DNA of 49,037 nucleotides from a virus (Duplodnaviria; Heunggongvirae; Uroviricota; Caudoviricetes): IMG/VR virus record IMGVR_UViG_2660238147_000004, positions 1 to 49,037 of that record; one strand, 5' to 3'. Shown piece by piece: positions 47,031 to 49,037 of this stretch (position 1 is its first letter; each line of letters starts with the position of its first letter). The notes under the pieces were generated by a model. It saw only the letters and a program-made list of their open reading frames with translations, ran no database searches and was not told where the DNA came from. The position numbers and the translations under genes were made by a program.

Positions 47031-47456
47031 TTAGTGCATCACCACAGCATTCCCTGCCGGGCCGCCGCGATTCATCTGGTCATACAAAACAACCGCTGAC
47101 GCAACAAAATCATCGACATCCTTCACCAGCCGATCCCTCCGTTCGACGATCTCACGGTAATATTCAGAACTGTGGCTGCGCATACGGGCCACCAGCAAAG
47201 GCGGCATCGCCTTTTCGATCGCCGGTAACAGAGCCTGCATTTTTTCAACAGCATCAGGGGTGTCTTTATCCAGCCAACGGAAAATTTTCTGGGTATTACG
47301 GGCCAGGGCTTCCGGATGGCTGTCGTCATACAGTTCCGGGAACGTCATTCCCAGCTCGAAATACGCTTTGGTAATTTTCGCAGCCGATACTTTTTCGCCG
47401 TCCGGATGCGCCCAGGCATTCATCGCCATGCGGATGTGTTCATGCTTGATTTTCAT
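47031..47456 (-). CDS. YdaT-like protein (141 aa; toxin-like partner of the Cro-like regulator)
   Basis: MKIKHEHI... start and gene position match Rac prophage YdaT as recalled. Confidence 0.7.
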   Translation of the reverse strand: MKIKHEHIRMAMNAWAHPDGEKVSAAKITKAYFELGMTFPELYDDSHPEALARNTQKIFRWLDKDTPDAVEKMQALLPAIEKAMPPLLVARMRSHSSEYYREIVERRDRLVKDVDDFVASAVVLYDQMNRGGPAGNAVVMH

Positions 47457-47707
47457 GAATCAACTCCCATCAGCTTTTTCGTAGTAGTTTTATTCCTGCC
47501 AATAGTTAAAATTGCATCGGCAGAAAATAATCCGTTTGATGCAAGAGCGATTTTTTCAGCGTAATTTGTTTCGCCGGTATATTCTGTGCGAGGCAATTTT
47601 CCGTTATCCATCCATTTATAGATTGCTCTTTGGCTGACACCACAAACGTCGGCCACAACAGCAACGCGAACAGTTTTGATTACATCTTCAAGTGTTTTCT
47701 GGTTCAT
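47453..47707 (-). CDS. Cro/YdaS-like HTH regulator (84 aa)
   Basis: Start moved to ATG at 47707; HTH ...VADVCGVSQRAIYKWMDNG...; divergent from the repressor gene. Confidence 0.7.
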   Translation of the reverse strand: MNQKTLEDVIKTVRVAVVADVCGVSQRAIYKWMDNGKLPRTEYTGETNYAEKIALASNGLFSADAILTIGRNKTTTKKLMGVDS

Positions 47708-47786
47708 ATCACCCTCACAATGTGAACTTTGAGTACATGCTATAACAGAACTGACAGTACATTCAAGAGCGAATATCATTGAACTT
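47708..47786. promoter_or_regulatory. immunity-region divergent promoters/operators (between cro-like and repressor genes)
   Basis: 79-bp intergenic region with the inverted repeat GTTCA...TGAAC overlapping the cro-like start. Confidence 0.45.
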
Positions 47787-48206
47787 ATGGTTCATGAAGA
47801 TAAAGCGCGTAAAGAGTTCGCCAGTAGGCTTGCGCTAGCCTGTGAAAACGCTGGTTATGAACAACATGGAAGGCAGGCAGAAATTGCCCGTCGAATGAAA
47901 TTAACACCAAAAGCGGTTAGCAAATGGTTTAATGGCGAAACAATTCCTCGCCGGGAGAAATTAAGGGAATTAGCAACACTAATAGGAACAACACCAACCT
48001 ATCTTTTGGGAGAGGATACAGAAGAAAGTGGACAGGTACGTTTCTATCAGGAGTTAAATCCAAGACAAAAAATCATCATTGACCTTCTGGACGAGCTCCC
48101 TGACAGTGAGACAGATGAACTTTTAAAAACTCTTGAAGAGAAAAAACAGAAGTACAATGCAATTTACGAAGAGTTAGCACGAAAGAAAAAACAAAAAGCC
48201 TCTTAA
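47787..48206 (+). CDS. DicA/RacR-type prophage repressor (HTH-XRE, 139 aa, no S24 peptidase domain)
   Basis: HTH ...QAEIARRMKLTPKAVSKWFNGETIP...; acidic C-terminal tail; divergent from the cro-like gene. Confidence 0.75.
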   Translation: MVHEDKARKEFASRLALACENAGYEQHGRQAEIARRMKLTPKAVSKWFNGETIPRREKLRELATLIGTTPTYLLGEDTEESGQVRFYQELNPRQKIIIDLLDELPDSETDELLKTLEEKKQKYNAIYEELARKKKQKAS

Positions 48207-48503
48207 ACCAGCATAAATCCGGTAGCGCCTTCCTCCGGGTTTGTGCTTCACTTTATCCCATCTCATTTTTTTACACACAGAATGTACTAAAAGTACTTTA
48301 CAACAATGAACGCAAAGTACATTATATACCTGCCACCCACCCCGCCCCACAGAATGCAGGGCAATACTTCGAGTTACCAGGCAGTGGTCAGGGGTTAAGT
48401 AGCCAGCCCGAGGCGTAAGAACATGACGGCAGGGTTCAACTTTAATAACTATGCAGCAGGTTTTTGTTCCGCTACCCCGGCGTTAAGGGGAAATGAGGTC
48501 AGC

Positions 48504-48659
48504 ATGGATACTATCGATCTTGGCAACAGCGAATCTCTGGTATGTGGCGTGTTCCCCAACCAGGACGGCACGTTCACCGCAATGACGTATACCAAAAGCA
48601 AAACGTTTAAAACCGAAAATGGTGCCCGTCGCTGGCTGGAAAGAAACTCAGGTGAGTGA
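48504..48659 (+). CDS. YdfA-like small protein (51 aa)
   Basis: Start moved to ATG at 48504 (GAGG RBS); MDTIDLGNSESLVCGVFPNQDGTF... Confidence 0.6.
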   Translation: MDTIDLGNSESLVCGVFPNQDGTFTAMTYTKSKTFKTENGARRWLERNSGE

Positions 48660-48660
48660 T

Positions 48661-48789
48661 ATGGATTTCGACACAATCATGGAAAAGGCTTACGAAGAAT
48701 ACTTCGAAGGCCTTGCCGAAGACGAAGAAGCTCTCAGCTTCAGTGAGTTTAAACAGGCGCTTTCCAGTTCGGCAAAATCTAACGGCTGA
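48661..48789 (+). CDS. YdfB-like small protein (42 aa)
   Basis: Found by hand: MDFDTIMEKAYEEYFEGLAEDEEALSFSEFKQALSSSAKSNG; starts 2 nt after the upstream stop. Confidence 0.55.
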   Translation: MDFDTIMEKAYEEYFEGLAEDEEALSFSEFKQALSSSAKSNG

Positions 48790-48818
48790 TAAGCGAAACA
48801 GCACCGCGAGGAATCAGT

Positions 48819-49037
48819 ATGCAGAAACGAGAACCCGTCATCATCGCGCCAGACTATACCGATGATGAACTTTATGAGTGGATGCGCCAGAAAATTAATG
48901 CAGCGCAGGATCTGAAATGGGCTAATGAAGCCAGGGCTAAGCAGGCTGAAAATCTGTCCTCTCTGGAGCAGGATATCACCAATCTGGAAAAAGCAGCGGC
49001 ATTAACCATTGCCAGAATGATTACATACCCGCGTTAA
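48819..49037 (+). CDS. YdfC-like protein (72 aa), ends at window edge
   Basis: MQKREPVIIAPDYTDDELYEWMRQKINAAQDL...; stop TAA at 49035-49037. Confidence 0.6.
   Translation: MQKREPVIIAPDYTDDELYEWMRQKINAAQDLKWANEARAKQAENLSSLEQDITNLEKAAALTIARMITYPR

Larger units (their letters stand above)
9333..49037 (-). mobile_element. lambdoid prophage (mosaic: Rac/Qin-type early region, phage-21-type lysis, HK97-type head, lambda-type tail); integrase end beyond window
   Basis: Colinear cro-like / O-like / nin-like / Q / lysis / terminase / portal / capsid / tail / J / lom / stf gene order on the minus strand, bounded by the tRNA-Ser fragment. Confidence 0.9.

Noticed and set aside
1-49037. Integrase / excisionase genes
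   Set aside because: No tyrosine- or serine-recombinase-like ORF was recognised in the window; the prophage integrase is inferred to lie beyond the right edge

Overview
The window is an Escherichia-type accessory region in which two horizontally acquired elements abut at a 62-bp 3' fragment of a tRNA-Ser(CGA) gene (9271-9332, minus strand). Left of it (1-9270) is a visibly AT-rich island or satellite remnant: an AlpA-family regulator, an inovirus-Gp2-like protein, a full-length H-NS paralogue together with a truncated H-NS-like protein, several orphan genes, and a two-gene operon of unknown function at the left edge. Right of it (9333-49037) is a nearly complete lambdoid prophage with all late genes on the minus strand. 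In transcription order it carries: a Rac/Qin-type immunity region, a replication gene with internal iteron-like repeats, a nin-like block with a Hok-family toxin, DUF968-like and RusA genes, Q, a tR'-like terminator, three tRNAs, a phage-21-type lysis cassette, an HK97-type head module, a lambda-type tail module, lom and a side tail fibre. The integrase end lies beyond the right edge. The most unusual structure is a partial tandem duplication of the K-I-J tail-tip unit that leaves one J copy truncated and fused out of frame to a K fragment. No CRISPR array, integrase, rRNA or Shiga toxin gene is present. All calls rest on reading the sequence and the supplied ORF track and on recollection of protein families; no database search was run, and many track ORFs start at non-ATG codons, so some starts were moved to the nearest ATG with a Shine-Dalgarno motif.
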